A stretch of DNA of 64,000 nt from Eledone cirrhosa (GCA_964016885.1 OZ024742.1:225246001-225310000), one strand, 5' to 3'. Counted from the first letter of the stretch, positions 42,010-55,898 are shown. Notes: a model not told the origin generated them from the letters alone. Made by a program: numbers and translations.

Positions 42010-42466
42010 GAGTTGGAGAGAAGGTCCCGCCGTTTTTTGGTAGATATAGTTGTATTTGGGGAGGTTCATGTTGTCCTAATATTGCCAAAAATAATAAAAC
42101 ACATTCAGTGTTTGGTTTGGTTTTCGCTTCAGGATATTTTCATGTCTTAGTCTGGTGTGTTCATATAGTACTGAATTCTCTTTTTGTCCTTTTAATTCAC
42201 CCCAGTTTTCATCTAACCTCTCTCCTATGCTATATATATATATATATATATAACGAAGGAAATGTGGTAAGGAACCAGGTGGACCATAACGCACCAAAGT
42301 ACTCAATACTTAGGGCAGTAGAGTGGTTAATAGGAACGAATAGGACCCCGACGGCTGAGCTCAAGCCGTTTCGACGGCTAATTCTGGACTGAATACGCTC
42401 GTGTATTTTTCGTCCAGAATTAGCCGTCGAAACGGCTTGAGCTCAGCCGTCGGGGCCCTACTCGTT

Positions 42467-42504
<38 letters not shown>

Positions 42505-42786
42505 ATAAAGCGCTTGTTTTGAATACTACATTGAAACATTAACTGAAAGAGCAGTCAATACACGTTCATAGAAGAGTGTAAAATTTATTTTCTGAAGGAA
42601 AAGTTAATAGTAATTTTGGTAGTAACTGAAACTTCGCAGTCACTACCACGTTTTTCTTCAAAAATGTTTATATGCATATATATATATATACAAACAAATA
42701 CATACTTGTGTGTATGTGTGTGCGTGTGCGTGTGTGTTTTCGTTTCTGCCACTGCCCACTCTCTCTATCTTTGTTTTCTCATTCTA

Positions 42787-42823
42787 CTTTCTGATGAAGG
42801 ACTAGCGTCCGAAAGGTTAAGAG
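42787..42823 (+). ncRNA. Minimal hammerhead in fold-back element ~42750-43100 (degenerate copies ~43011-43045 -, ~50156-50195 +)
   Basis: CTTT CTGATGA A GGAC TAGC GTCC GAAA GG TTA AGAG. Confidence 0.6.
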
Positions 42824-43164
42824 ACTTTTCCTACTATATCAAGCGTGAAACTAATAATATATTTCTTCTATGTACTGTGTCGTTTACTTTGTTATTTCTG
42901 TTTGTCTTTTACATATGTATGTAAAAGGTAAACAGGAATAACAGAGAAAATGACACAGTACATAGAAGAAATATATTAGTTTAACGCCTGAAATAGCAGG
43001 AAATGGGTCTTAACGTTTTGGACACTAGTCCGCCATCAGAAGCCAGAGTTAGAAATAGAAGATAAATAGAAAGATAAAGAGTAAGAAGAGAAGAAGGAAC
43101 GGGTAAAAAATGTGAAAAATTGGGAAAAATACACGAGCGTATTCAGTCAGCCATTTTGGATATA

Positions 43165-43339
43165 CAGGTAAAATTCCATTATAACGAATACCATTATAAC
43201 GAATTTTTCAGTATAACGAAATTTTTTCAATCCCCGGCCACACGTTCGATGTGTTAGGTAGGTCTCGTCATAAAGAATTTTTTATTACAACGAATTACTT
43301 TTTATACCTCGTGAATTTCGTTATAACGGAATTTTACTG
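43165..43339. mobile_element. Tc1/mariner/pogo-type MITE
   Basis: TA|CAGGTAAAATTCCATTATAACGAA ... TTCGTTATAACGGAATTTTACTG|TA with internal TATAACGAA repeats. Confidence 0.75.
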
Positions 43340-44004
43340 TAATAAATATATCTATGTGTGTGTGTATGTGTGTCTGTGTGTGCGTGCGAGTGTTGTATAT
43401 GTGTATGTGTGTGTATGTGTGTGTGTGTGTGTGTGTATGTGTGTATACGTATATACATATACATACAAATGGGTGTATGTAACGTAGAGAGAGAGAGGAG
43501 GTGAAAAAGGGGAAGAAGAGAATTACAAGAATGAGAGTTCCAGAGCAATGTGGGAGGAGGAGAGGAGGAGGAGAAGGAGGATAAAGCCTGTTAGAAGGAG
43601 GGGGTGGTGAAGAATAAGATATAAGATATGTAAGCTATGTTTCTCATGGTGGTTAAAGAAATAATGCAGCAATTAATAAGAGATTAGCTTGCACAACATA
43701 AATAATCATTTGTGTAATGTGTAATCTCTTTGGGTGTATGTATGTATGTATGTATGTATATGTGTGTGTGTATGTATGTATGTATGTATGTATGTATGTA
43801 TGTATGTATGTATGTATGTATATATGTATGTATATATGTGTGTGTGTGTATGTATGTATGTATGTATATATGTATATGTGTGTGTGTATGTATGTATGTA
43901 TATATATGTGTGTGTGTGTGTGTGTCTGTATGTATATAAATATATTTATTCACTCACATACACATACACACGCCCATGTATATATATATATATATATATA
44001 TAAA

Positions 44005-44069
<65 letters not shown>

Positions 44070-44134
44070 CATTAATACATATATATATGTGTGTATGTGT
44101 TCAGCGTAATATATATATATATAGATATATATAG

Positions 44135-44226
<92 letters not shown>

Positions 44227-44455
44227 GTGTATGTATGTATGTATGTATGTATGTATGTATGATCATTGGCTGGGCTAAAAAGCCACATTCGATCGCAGCG
44301 CTGTTAGTTGCTATCGTGTGTGTGTGTGTGTATAGATATGCTTATGTGTGTGCGTGTATGCGTATATATATATGTATATGTATATTATTATTGTTGTTGT
44401 CGTTATTATTATTGTTGTTGTTATTATTATTATTATTATTATTGTTATTAATGTA

Positions 44456-44502
<47 letters not shown>

Positions 44503-44984
44503 ATGTGTATGTATATATATATATATGTGTATATATATATATATTTATTTTTATTTTTTATTTATTAATTTTTTTTTTTTTTACTCATCGTGCAATGGCC
44601 ATACTCGATAACGAGGGGGCAGCCATCATGTATGTATGTATGTATGTGTGTATGTGTGTATGTATGTACGTATGTATGGGCAAAGGAGCTCTTAAGAGTC
44701 AATGGCCATCCAAAATCACCGGGAGAGATGACCCCTTAGCCTTTGTAAAGGCAGAATTCTAGGAGAAGGAAAACTCTGATATAACACCTGCAACCCTGAT
44801 GGTATCCAATGATGTTGACTTGTTCTTCTTTTTGGTAAATATCATCTTGGTTAAGAGAGTGGGACTGGCTTTGTGCAGTGCCTTTGCTCACTATAAAAGC
44901 TTCACAGCACAGGCATTGCTTTATATCTGGAGATCTCTCTGCACTTGTCATCACATGGTACCATGGGCCCTGCACTGTGTGTCA

Positions 44985-45135
44985 ATAATGGTCACAAGTG
45001 TAGTCTTTGTACCAGAGTTTTCAAGTCGCTGGCTGGACTAAAAAGTCATTCGTTCAGCGCATCGGTAGGAGTTCTCCTACATGGATATAAAGTAGTGGCC
45101 GTACTCGAAAACGAGTTGGCAGCCACCATGTATGT
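44985..45135 (+). mobile_element. RTE-like 3' terminus (another at ~44595-44630)
   Basis: [19 protein letters not shown] zinc-finger-like end, CTCG-AAAA-CGAG hairpin and (ATGT)n tail in both copies. Confidence 0.5.
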
Positions 45136-45472
45136 ACATAGGAGAGTTAATATGTGAAATTGCAGGAGTGCGTGTATACGTGTGTGTACATACGTGTGTG
45201 TATATATGTGCGTGTATGTGTGTATATGTGTGCGGGTGTGTATGTGCATGTATATGTGTGTGTGTGTGTGTGTGTGTCTGTATGTTTATGTAAACATGTC
45301 AGCAATGGCAGTGTAAACTATTTTCTACACGGGACGGCTATGTTGATTTCACTGCCACTGTTGTTACTCTCGTTGTTGATAATGTTAGGGCACGTGTCTT
45401 GATGGTTAGGGTGTTCGGCCGACGATCGTAGGGTCGTGAGTATGACTCCCTTATTTATCGTATATACATATA

Positions 45473-45538
<66 letters not shown>

Positions 45539-45548
45539 AGAAAGAGGA

Positions 45549-45581
<33 letters not shown>

Positions 45582-45582
45582 A

Positions 45583-45644
<62 letters not shown>

Positions 45645-45646
<2 letters not shown>

Positions 45647-47955
45647 TAGCGTCTAACAATGACATACCACCCTTGTATGGGCTCCGCAAAGACCATAAGA
45701 CAGCCGACGACCCGACGACAGGACCACCAACAAGACCCGTATGCGGAGCCAATATCGCTAGCAACGACAGGATCTCCTACTTCCTCTCAATGGTCATACG
45801 CCCCATAATCAAGATGTCCCCAGATGTATGTGACAGTACAGAGGACCTCCTCAGCAGAATCAATGAATGCAACAAAAATAAAAACCTATCTAACTGCATA
45901 ATAGGCAGTATGGACGTAGTATCACTATACCCATCCATTAACATTCATTTTGCTGTGGAAAAATGTGTGGAAATAATCAGTGAGAGTGAGGTGGAGTTCT
46001 GCGACGTCGACACAGATGAACTGGGCCTCCTACTTAGACTTACCTATGACACCGAGTACCTAGATAACCATGACCTTAGCTGTTTCTGCCCCAGTAGATC
46101 CATAAGAGGTAGACCCCCCCCCCCACCACCACCACCACCACTACCACCACCACCATAACCTCAATGGCTAAAAGGACTCCCATAGGAAGGTGGAATGGAT
46201 GGACCAAAGCCATACGGACACCCAAAAACAATGATCAGGTGAGAAAAATGGTCGCGCATGCAATAGGGGCTAGTATTAAAACTACCCTAAAGGGCTATAT
46301 GTTTAAATTTAATGAAAAGATCTACACCCAGAATGAGGGAGCAGCCATTGGTGTCAGCATAGCTGGTGATGTTGCTAATCTATTTATGGTATGGTGGGAA
46401 AGGTGACTCAAAGATCTCCTTGAAGAGAACTCCATAGACCTCATCATGTACTCTCATTACGTAGACGACATTGATATAGTAATAAGGACATCCCCACAAG
46501 AGAGTACTAACGAACATGATTTAGAATATAGCACAATGGAAAGCATCCAGCAGATAGCTAACTCCATACACCAGAGTATAACTGTAACTGTTGACTACCC
46601 TTCCAAACACCCTAACAATAGACTACCTGTTGACTACCCTTCCAAACACCCTAACAATAGACTACCTGTTGACTACCCTTCCAAACACCCTAACAATAGA
46701 CTACCTGTATTAGACACGGAACTCTGGATTAACACTATAGACGAGAGGGCCCAAATTCTCCACTCACACTATGCTAAACCCATGGCCTACAAATACCTGA
46801 TACTCAAAAACTCAGCAATGTCCAGTTTAATATTCTGATCGCAGATTTGGTACGAGCGATGAAGAACGTGTCCCGCATGTGCGACCCAACTGAAATCCAA
46901 AACTTCATAAACACTTCATCAACCGCATGCAGTTCTCTGGCTACAACCAAAGAGTCAGAATCAGAGTATACAAAGGAGCCACGGAGAAGTATAAGACCCT
47001 CATAGAAATGGACATGAAAGGAATTTGCCCATTATACAGGAGAAAATCATGGAATAGCTTAGACAGGACTAAACATAAGATATGGAAAGCCACTTCATTT
47101 CCCTGGGGGGAAATTAGCTAACCAATGTAGAAAGGCCCTAAGAAAGACCCACTTAAAGATTAAAGTGGTAGAAAAGCCAGGAACTACCATAAAATCCATG
47201 ATCAGCAAAACATACCCCTTTAAGAAAACCCACTGTACTAATAAGAAATGTGTTATATGTAAAGTGAACCCCAAGATAAACTGTAAAACTAGAAATGTAG
47301 TCTATAGCATAAGATGTACAGAGGGTACTTGCAGAAACATAACAACCACATACATAGGTGAGACAGCTCGAAGCATAGGAGAAAGAATAGACCAACACTA
47401 GGGGGGAATTAAAAGGACAAAAAAACGGTTCAGTACTATACGAACACGCCAGACAAAGACATCATGGTAATATAGACAACATAGAAATTAAAATAATATC
47501 TAAACATAGTAATGACCCAACAGGTAAGCAAATCAGTAAAGCGAGTGAAATAGAGCTTAGAAAACCAAAATTAAACAGAAAAAACAAATGGAATAACAAC
47601 AACCATACCCAAACAAACAATACTGACTTAAGGGAAATATAAATAAATAAATAAATAAAATAAAAATGGCGTAAACATTACAATACAATACAATAGGAGG
47701 GAACATGATAATAGTACCACTGATGATGTTGCAGATGTGCAACGAAAGAACTTTCTTAGACTATATACATATATTTATATCTGTATTTTTAACCGTTGGT
47801 CAGTCAATGATAAACATTGATTGCTAAATAAATTAACTATGAAGATATAAAAGATACAGAAGCGAAAACCTTCCAAACAAGGAGTGTGTTCTGTTATTAT
47901 TTCTGGCAATATTATTACAATATGACCCCCCCCCCCCCCCCCAAGTATAACAATA
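45645..47955 (+). mobile_element. Decayed Penelope-like element (RT + Cys-rich linker + GIY-YIG), second lineage
   Basis: PPLYGLRKDHK, RPVCGA, SMDVVSLYPSI, YTQNEGAAIG, HYVDDI, LPVLD, C....C..C, CKTRNVVY.I.C, YIGETARSIGERIDQH. A 39-bp x3 internal duplication lies at ~46590-46710. A minus-strand 3' copy is at ~57380-58500. Confidence 0.88.
47712..47763 (+). ncRNA. Hammerhead in the 3' pLTR of the 45645 PLE (copy 57822-57873 -)
   Basis: CCA CTGATGA T GTTGCA GATG TGCAAC GAAA GAAC TT; stem I partly decayed. Confidence 0.65.
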
Positions 47956-48018
47956 AATATATATAAATTATAAAATAAGAAGAAGTAATAGACAGATATA
48001 TACCTATTTTTTCTTCAA

Positions 48019-48113
48019 AGTCCCGACTGTACAGTTTCGCTGGTCAGTTTGCAACAATTGCACATTATAGATGTGTAATATTGTTGTGAGGCACACCAGC
48101 TTTTCAAGGAACT
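48019..48113 (-). ncRNA. Hammerhead with U3-A8 core (UUGAAAA)
   Basis: AGTTCC TTGAAAA GCTGGT...ACCAGC GAAA CTGTACAG TC GGGACT. Confidence 0.7.
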
Positions 48114-48144
48114 CCTCAGGGAAAGAACACTTTCCAGACACGTT

Positions 48145-48687
48145 CGTAGCAAGTGAGAAAATCTCAGAAGGCGGAGGGAGAAATTACCACGTGGTACACC
48201 GGTCAAGAAAGGGAACTGAATCTCTTGTAGCAAGTGAGAAAATCTCAGAAGGCGGAGGGAGAAATTACCACGTGATACACCGGTCAAGAAAGGGAACTGA
48301 ATCTCTTGTAGCAAGTGAGAAAATCTCAGAAGGCGGAGGGAGAAATTACCACGTGATACACCGGTCAAGAAAGGGAACTGAATCTCTTGTAGCAAGTGAG
48401 AAAATCTCAGAAGGCGGAGGGAGAAATTACCACGTGATACACCGGTCAAGAAAGGGAACTGAATCTCTTGTAGCAAGTGAGAAAATCTCAGAAGGCGGAG
48501 GGAGAAATTACCACGTGATACACCGGTCAAGAAAGGGAACTGAATCTCTTGTAGCAAGTGAGAAAATCTCAGAAGGCGGAGGGAGAAATTACCACGTGAT
48601 ACACCGGTCAAGAAAGGGAACTGAATCCCTTTGTAGCAAGTGAGAAAATATCTCAGAAGGCAGAGGGATAAATTACCACGTGATACA
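48145..48687. repeat. 81-bp minisatellite, ~6.7 near-identical copies
   Basis: Unit AAGTGAGAAAATCTCAGAAGGCGGAGGGAGAAATTACCACGTGATACACCGGTCAAGAAAGGGAACTGAATCTCTTGTAGC. Confidence 0.95.
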
Positions 48688-50323
48688 GGGGTTACAGGCA
48701 GGTAGTAAGGCGGACTGAAAGCGATTATAGTTTGCTTAAGAAGCAGTTACTATACTTTCGGGTTAACTCAACCGTAAGGGAGTTTGAGACAATATCATAA
48801 TGAGAGACACACATATAGATGTGTATACATACGTACACACGTATATATATATATATATTTTTTCACAAGCATGTGAGTGTGTGTGGTGTCGACCTTAACC
48901 AGTTATGCTCTATAACTACGAGAGACAAAATAATCGAAATAATTAAATTGACTCGATATCAGAGCTATACAACAAATTATAAAATAAGAAGAATAAACAC
49001 AGATATATACCTATTTTCCTTTGCCTGGTAGCTATGGTGATGGAAGCTGTATGGTAGACATGGATGTACAGAAAGTCTTCCTCTGTCTGTGAGTGAAAGA
49101 AACTGTATGGTAGACATGGATGCACACAAGTCTTCTTCTGTCTGGTAGCTATAGTGAAAGAAGCTTTATGGTAGATCTGTCTAAAAGAATTGAGGACAGG
49201 AATCTTGCTCTCCGGCCAAGCCCGTATCAACTTCATCAAGTTTCACTTGAGGAGGAAAGGTGGGGGTAGAGAGGGAGGTGCTGCCCTTTAGTGTGTTTTA
49301 TAAAAGATGGGTGAGGGCAGCGAGATTGGCTGAATGGGCCTGATCCGACTATGGTTTTCTAAGCAGGAGGAAGAAAACAGGGAGAGGGCACTTTCAATGC
49401 CCGTGAGGCAACAGAATAACCCAGGGTTCTCCCTGGAATTTACTTAAACTATAGTTTAAAATAATAGGGATAGATAACAATGATGAAATTTGTAATAAAT
49501 ATACATAACAATAGAAACTATAACAGTAACGACTGTCAACAAGGATGAAAAGCAAAGTTGACTTCGGCGGGATTTGAAACTATAGTTCTTCCCAAGGCGG
49601 CGAATTGGCAGAGTCGTTACAACGTCGGATAGAATGCTTTATGGTATAATTTCGGCTCTCTGCTCTCGGATTTCAAATCCCGCCGAAGTCAACTTTGCTT
49701 TTCATCCTTGTTGACAGTCGTTACTGTTATAGTTTCTATTGTTATGTATATTTATTACAAATTTCATCATTGTTATCTATCCCTATTATTTTCACTTCAG
49801 GGATGTCCCCTTTCTTTCACTCAGTGTAAACCTAACTCCGTTGCATTCTTTTGTCCTTGTATCGTCCCCTAATGTCTTGAGGCATTGTGGCCAATAAAAG
49901 AAATAATAATATTAATAATAATTGTTTCAACTTTTGGCACGAGGCCAGCAATTACTCAGTACTGGTACTTTATTTTATCGACCTCGTAAGAATGAAAGAC
50001 AAAGGTAACCTCGGCTGAATTTGAACGCCTGACAATAACACACAACAAAAGATGGCGACCTGAATAGATCTGTCTTTTCTCAGAGACTTTTCTTTCGTTT
50101 CTGCCACTGCCCACTCTCCTCTGTCTTTCTATTTCTTCTTTAATTTTTAATTCTATTTTCTGATGAAAGGCTAGCGTCCGAGACATTAAGACTCTTTTCC
50201 TACAATAACAACCGTAAAACTAATATATTTTTTCATTGTACTGTGTCGTTTGGTTTGTTATTTCCGTTTTCCTTTTGCATATATATATATAACATATATA
50301 TATACAATATTCTCATGTATATA

Positions 50324-50448
<125 letters not shown>

Positions 50449-50937
50449 TATACATATATATATATACATATATATATATACATATATATATACATATATA
50501 TACATATATATATACATATATATACATATATATATACATATATATAGATACATATATATATATACACACACACACACCAAATTTATTATTATTACTATTT
50601 GGCTCCCTCGGTTGAGCACTCTATTGACTTATATTCATCATGCAGAAACAACATCTGAATATTTCTACAAAGAACATACCCGTACTGAGCAGGAAAACTC
50701 CCGATAATCGTCTTCCTGTCTTCCTCCGGTTGCAACGTTTTTTGAAATATTTACTTCTGCGTTCACAGATTGACTTTGTTAGTTTCAGAAGATCCCGTTA
50801 AGGGTGAAAGCAGCGATTCTTTGCTTAAACTTTAATCTGTTATTTTAATAAATATTTGCTCTACGGTTCTTATATATTTGATATATATTTATCCTTATCG
50901 AGCCCTCTTTGGATTTTAGTCTTCAAATTTAATATTA

Positions 50938-50996
<59 letters not shown>

Positions 50997-51151
50997 GTGG
51001 AACACTGGAAGGTAATATCCGTATTGGTAGAGCACTCAGTCCATGGGACGAGTTAGGCAGAAGTGGTTACACAACAGTTAGTTCACCATACCGAGAACAA
51101 TTGTTTCACCTTAGCGGATCCTCAGCTCGTATGGTACCCTTGAAATATTTA

Positions 51152-51189
51152 CGAGCTGAGGATCCGCTAAGGTGAAACAATTGTTCTCG
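51152..51189 (+). ncRNA. Minimal hammerhead with inverted twin at 51092-51129 (-); degenerate copy 23760-23797
   Basis: CGAG CTGAGGA T CC GCTAA GG T GAAA CAATTG TT CTCG. Confidence 0.7.
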
Positions 51190-51219
51190 GTATGGTGAAC
51201 TAGCCGTTGTGTAACCACT

Positions 51220-51299
<80 letters not shown>

Positions 51300-51382
51300 T
51301 AATAATAAATTTGAAGACTAAAATCCAAAGAGGGCTCGATAAGGATAAATATATATCAAATATATAAGAACCGTAGAGCAAA

Positions 51383-51443
<61 letters not shown>

Positions 51444-51447
<4 letters not shown>

Positions 51448-52945
51448 CATTATGAAGAGAGAAGAAACATTTAGATATAATTAGTAATAAAATGTATCAT
51501 ACCTAAACTGTTCCTAAATTCCTCGACTACGTAGTTTCGTGGCATAAACAAAAACAATATATCAAAGATATAGAGTCCTTGCGAGGTCTGCCGACTTATC
51601 AAGAGGATACCTCATTTTACTAGTCTCAAGAACGCGTCTACACGACGTGAGAAAGAATCCCAAAAGGCGGAGGGGGAGATAGTCACGCGATATAACGGTC
51701 GAGAAACAGAGCTAAGCCTCTTATAACCACGAAAAAAATACCACGGAGGCGGAGGGGGTATTCATATCGAGGCCGTAGAAGAGGTAGTGAAGAAGGCGAG
51801 AAGTATGAGTAATGGAAGCTTTCCAGTTGTCCCCACACCTCAAAGATTGCTCGACCAGAGGGAGTTATTAATACATTTAGAAACACACAGATACATGCGG
51901 ACACACACATATATACATGAATGCATCCGCACCCAACTGTGAGTTAAGGGTGCCAACTTCACCGATGTTGCTCAATGAATGACTGGGACAGACCAATTCA
52001 GTTTGAACCAGACTGAACCAGTATCAGAGTTAAAAATACATTATGAAGAGAGAAGAAACATTTAGATATAATTAGTAATAAAATGTATCATACCTAAACT
52101 GTTCCTAAATTCCTCGACTACGTAGTTTCGTGGCATAAACAAAAACAATATATCAAAGATATAGAATCCTTGCGAGGTCTGCCGACTTATCAAGAGGATA
52201 CCTCATTTTACTAGTCTCAAGAACGCGTCTACACGACGTGAGAAAGAATCCCAAAAGGCGGAGGGGGAGATAGTCACGCGATATAACGGTCGAGAAACAG
52301 AGCTAAGCCTCTTATAACCACGAAAAAAATACCACGGAGGCGGAGGGGGTATTCATATCGAGGCCGTAGAAGAGGTAGTGAAGAAGGCGAGAAGTATGAG
52401 TAATGGAAGCTTTCCAGTTGTCCCCACACCTCAAAGATTGCTCGACCAGAGGGAGTTATTAATACATTTAGAAACACACAGATACATGCGGACACACACA
52501 TATATACATGAATGCATCCGCACCCAACTGTGAGTTAAGGGTGCCAACTTCACCGATGTTGCTCAATGAATGACTGGGACAGACCAATTCAGTTTGAACC
52601 AGACTGAACCAGTATCAGAGTTAAAAATACATTATGAAGAGAGAAGAAACATTTAGATATAATTAGTAATAAAATGTATCATACCTAAACTGTTCCTAAA
52701 TTCCTCGACTACGTAGTTTCGTGGCATAAACAAAAACAATATATCAAAGATATAGAGTCCTTGCGAGGTCTGCCGACTTATCAAGAGGATACCTATACTG
52801 GTTCAGTCTGGTTCAAACTGAATTGGTCTGTCCCAGTCATTCATTGAGCAACATCGGTGAAGTTGGCACCCTTAACTCACAGTTGGGTGCGGATGCATTC
52901 ATGTATATATGTGTGTGTCCGCATGTATCTGTGTGTTTCTAAATG

Positions 52946-52951
<6 letters not shown>
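51444..52951 (-). mobile_element. Retrozyme-like tandem array: 2.3 x 591-bp non-coding units plus an inverted terminal segment
   Basis: Exact period 591 (starts 51444, 52035, 52626). 52795-52951 is the reverse complement of ~52460-52616. One HHR per unit; (TA)n on both sides. Confidence 0.85.
51520..51607 (-). ncRNA. Hammerhead with U3-A8 core (UUGAUAA); copies 52111-52198 and 52702-52789
   Basis: TCCTC TTGATAA GTCGGCA...TGCCAC GAAA CTACGTAG TC GAGGA. Confidence 0.72.
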
Positions 52952-52996
<45 letters not shown>

Positions 52997-53002
<6 letters not shown>

Positions 53003-53627
53003 ATGTTGAAAAGGTAACACACCAGAGAGAGATATATAGTGCGTTATTTACAGGGAATAGCGAGGGCCTATGCCTCCGTTAATTTATCGTGATATTTCGC
53101 TCCTAATAACAGTCTTTCCTATCTCTGTTTGGTTGAGCACACTTCTCTGAGTGGCTTTGGGCTGCCCTTTCTAGCAGTTTGTCCCTCAGAGGCCACTGGT
53201 TCACTGCCCTTAAACACGCTGTGACTTCTCTCTCCCACGTGTAGCCGGACAGTCAATTGTAAAATTCTCTTAGTGTTGTCTGAAATGTATAGCCTTACAC
53301 ACGCTGATGAACCGAGGCTAACCCATTTCTTTCAACAAATTTTTGGTGAAACATATCTTTGGATTTGTACGTGTGTTATATAGTTATAGAGGTATTTATT
53401 TACGCTTTAATTTATATTTTTAATTATCGTGTCTATAGTCTGCCTTTCATAGGTTATAGATTCCACACACTGGTGGTTTTTTCCCTGTATTATTGATAAC
53501 GCACTGTATATCTCTCTCTGGTGTGTTACCTTTTCAACATATTGTATTTTAAAGAGCTCAGGATCTCTTCTCCTTTGAACACATTATTTACAGGGAATAG
53601 CGAGGGCCTATGCCTCCGTTAATTTAT

Positions 53628-53635
<8 letters not shown>
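52997..53635 (+). mobile_element. ~540-nt HHR-bearing non-coding unit with 50-bp direct terminal repeat and inverted 5' segment
   Basis: 53046-53095 = 53585-53634; 52997-53047 is the reverse complement of ~53497-53547; a further fragment lies at 55095-55168 (-). Confidence 0.75.
53297..53376 (+). ncRNA. Type-I hammerhead
   Basis: ACACACG CTGATGA ACC...GGT GAAA CATATC TTTG GATTTG TA CGTGTGT; perfect 7-bp stem I. Confidence 0.75.
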
Positions 53636-53680
<45 letters not shown>

Positions 53681-54148
53681 CACATATATACATACACATA
53701 TACACACATATGCATATATGCATATATACATATATAAATATATACATACATACGTACACGCATACATACATAATACATAAACACCCACATATATATATAA
53801 AATATCTATATAAATCCACAACTTTAAGATTCTGTGCCGAACACTATAACGGGTAGGCTACACGCCTTCACATCAGACCGATACAAAAGAGATATATAGT
53901 CAGAGGTAAGACTTAAGTTAAACCCTCCACCACCCTATTACTCTTCTCACATTCCTATATCCCACCAATCAACCCCTATACTACAACGCCATCACACAAG
54001 GGATTACTGTAATTTGAAAGAAAAACATTCTTATTTATAAGTCATGTTTTTTGCTGCATTTTCACAGCAAAAGGCGATATGTTGTGAGTAAAGAGGAAAG
54101 GTTATTTTCTAAACTGTTTTCTATCCATTCCACACACACACATATATT

Positions 54149-54248
<100 letters not shown>

Positions 54249-54684
54249 ATATGTCTATGTATGTATATATGTATGCATGTATGAATGTAGTTTCCATCTA
54301 CATACATACATACATACATACATACATACATACATACATACATACATACATACATACATGCATACATACATACATACATACATACACACATACATACGTG
54401 TGTGTGTGTGTGTGTATCTGTGTGTATGTGCGTATGTGTGTGTATGTGTATGTGTGTGTCACTTTCTGCTATTACTTCTCATTCTCTGTATATTTGTATT
54501 TTATCATGTTTTGCCCTCATACGTTCTTTTATTCTTTTATTCTACCATTCTCTTTTGCTGGTCTCAATCATTAGACTGCGGCCATGCTGGATCACAGCCA
54601 TTATTTAATCGATCATATTGCTCACTTTTCTGTATAACTTATTTATGTGTCATCGATTTTTCTAACTTTACAAAGACAAAAAAA

Positions 54685-54776
<92 letters not shown>

Positions 54777-55058
54777 TGGATTGGAAACATCTGATTACAT
54801 CGTAAATTACCTGATAGATTAATTATTGTAACAATGTGAAACACACACAATACCACACACACACACACATATATATATGTGTGTGTCTGTGTGTGTGTGT
54901 GTTTCTGTGTGTGTGTGTGTGTGTGTGTTTCTGTGTGTGTGTGTCTGTGTGTGTTTGTTTGTGCGTGCGTATGTGTGTCTGTGTGTATACACACATAAGT
55001 GTGTATGTCTGTATGTGTGTGCGGTTGTGTGTGTTTCACATTGTTAAAATAGTTAATC

Positions 55059-55099
<41 letters not shown>

Positions 55100-55165
55100 A
55101 TAAATTAACGGAGGCATAGGCCCTCGCTATTCCCTGTAAATAATGTGCTCAAAGGAGAAGAGATC

Positions 55166-55261
<96 letters not shown>

Positions 55262-55269
55262 CTGTGTGC

Positions 55270-55332
<63 letters not shown>

Positions 55333-55862
55333 TATACTCGTACATATATATGTGTGTGTCTATACATACATACTTGCGTACATATATACATACATGCGTG
55401 CATACTCACAAATACAAACATATGTACATACGTAATAGATACATGCACAAGCGCAGCATACACGCATACACACACACTGAAGCAAATACATATGCGCACA
55501 CAGACACACGCACACAGACACAAAACCATATGCACACACACACTCACATACACAAACATGCACAAACATACACACTTGCAAATGGAAAAAATATGATATT
55601 GGAGAAATAAATCTGGGTTATTCCCCCTTTAATCCTTCGGCCTAAAAAATAATGATTGGTCATATATAAGGATTAGGTTTGATTAATTCACATTGTTACT
55701 ATCCATCGATATCTCTGTGTGTTTGTGTGTGTGCGTGTGCATGAGTGTGTTTGTGTATGTGTGTGATGTGTATGTCGGCATATATATATATATATATATA
55801 TACAGTATATATATATATGTATATATATATGTGTATATATATATATGTATATATATATACAG

Positions 55863-55898
<36 letters not shown>

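Noticed and set aside
48015-48643. 27-aa repeat proteins on both strands; possible CRISPR-like array
   Set aside because: The 81-bp unit is a multiple of 3 and has no unique spacers; it is a minisatellite in a eukaryotic non-coding element.
51683-52501. Duplicated 75-aa ORFs in the 591-bp repeat
   Set aside because: Short, non-ATG start, no motif; identity simply reflects the tandem duplication.
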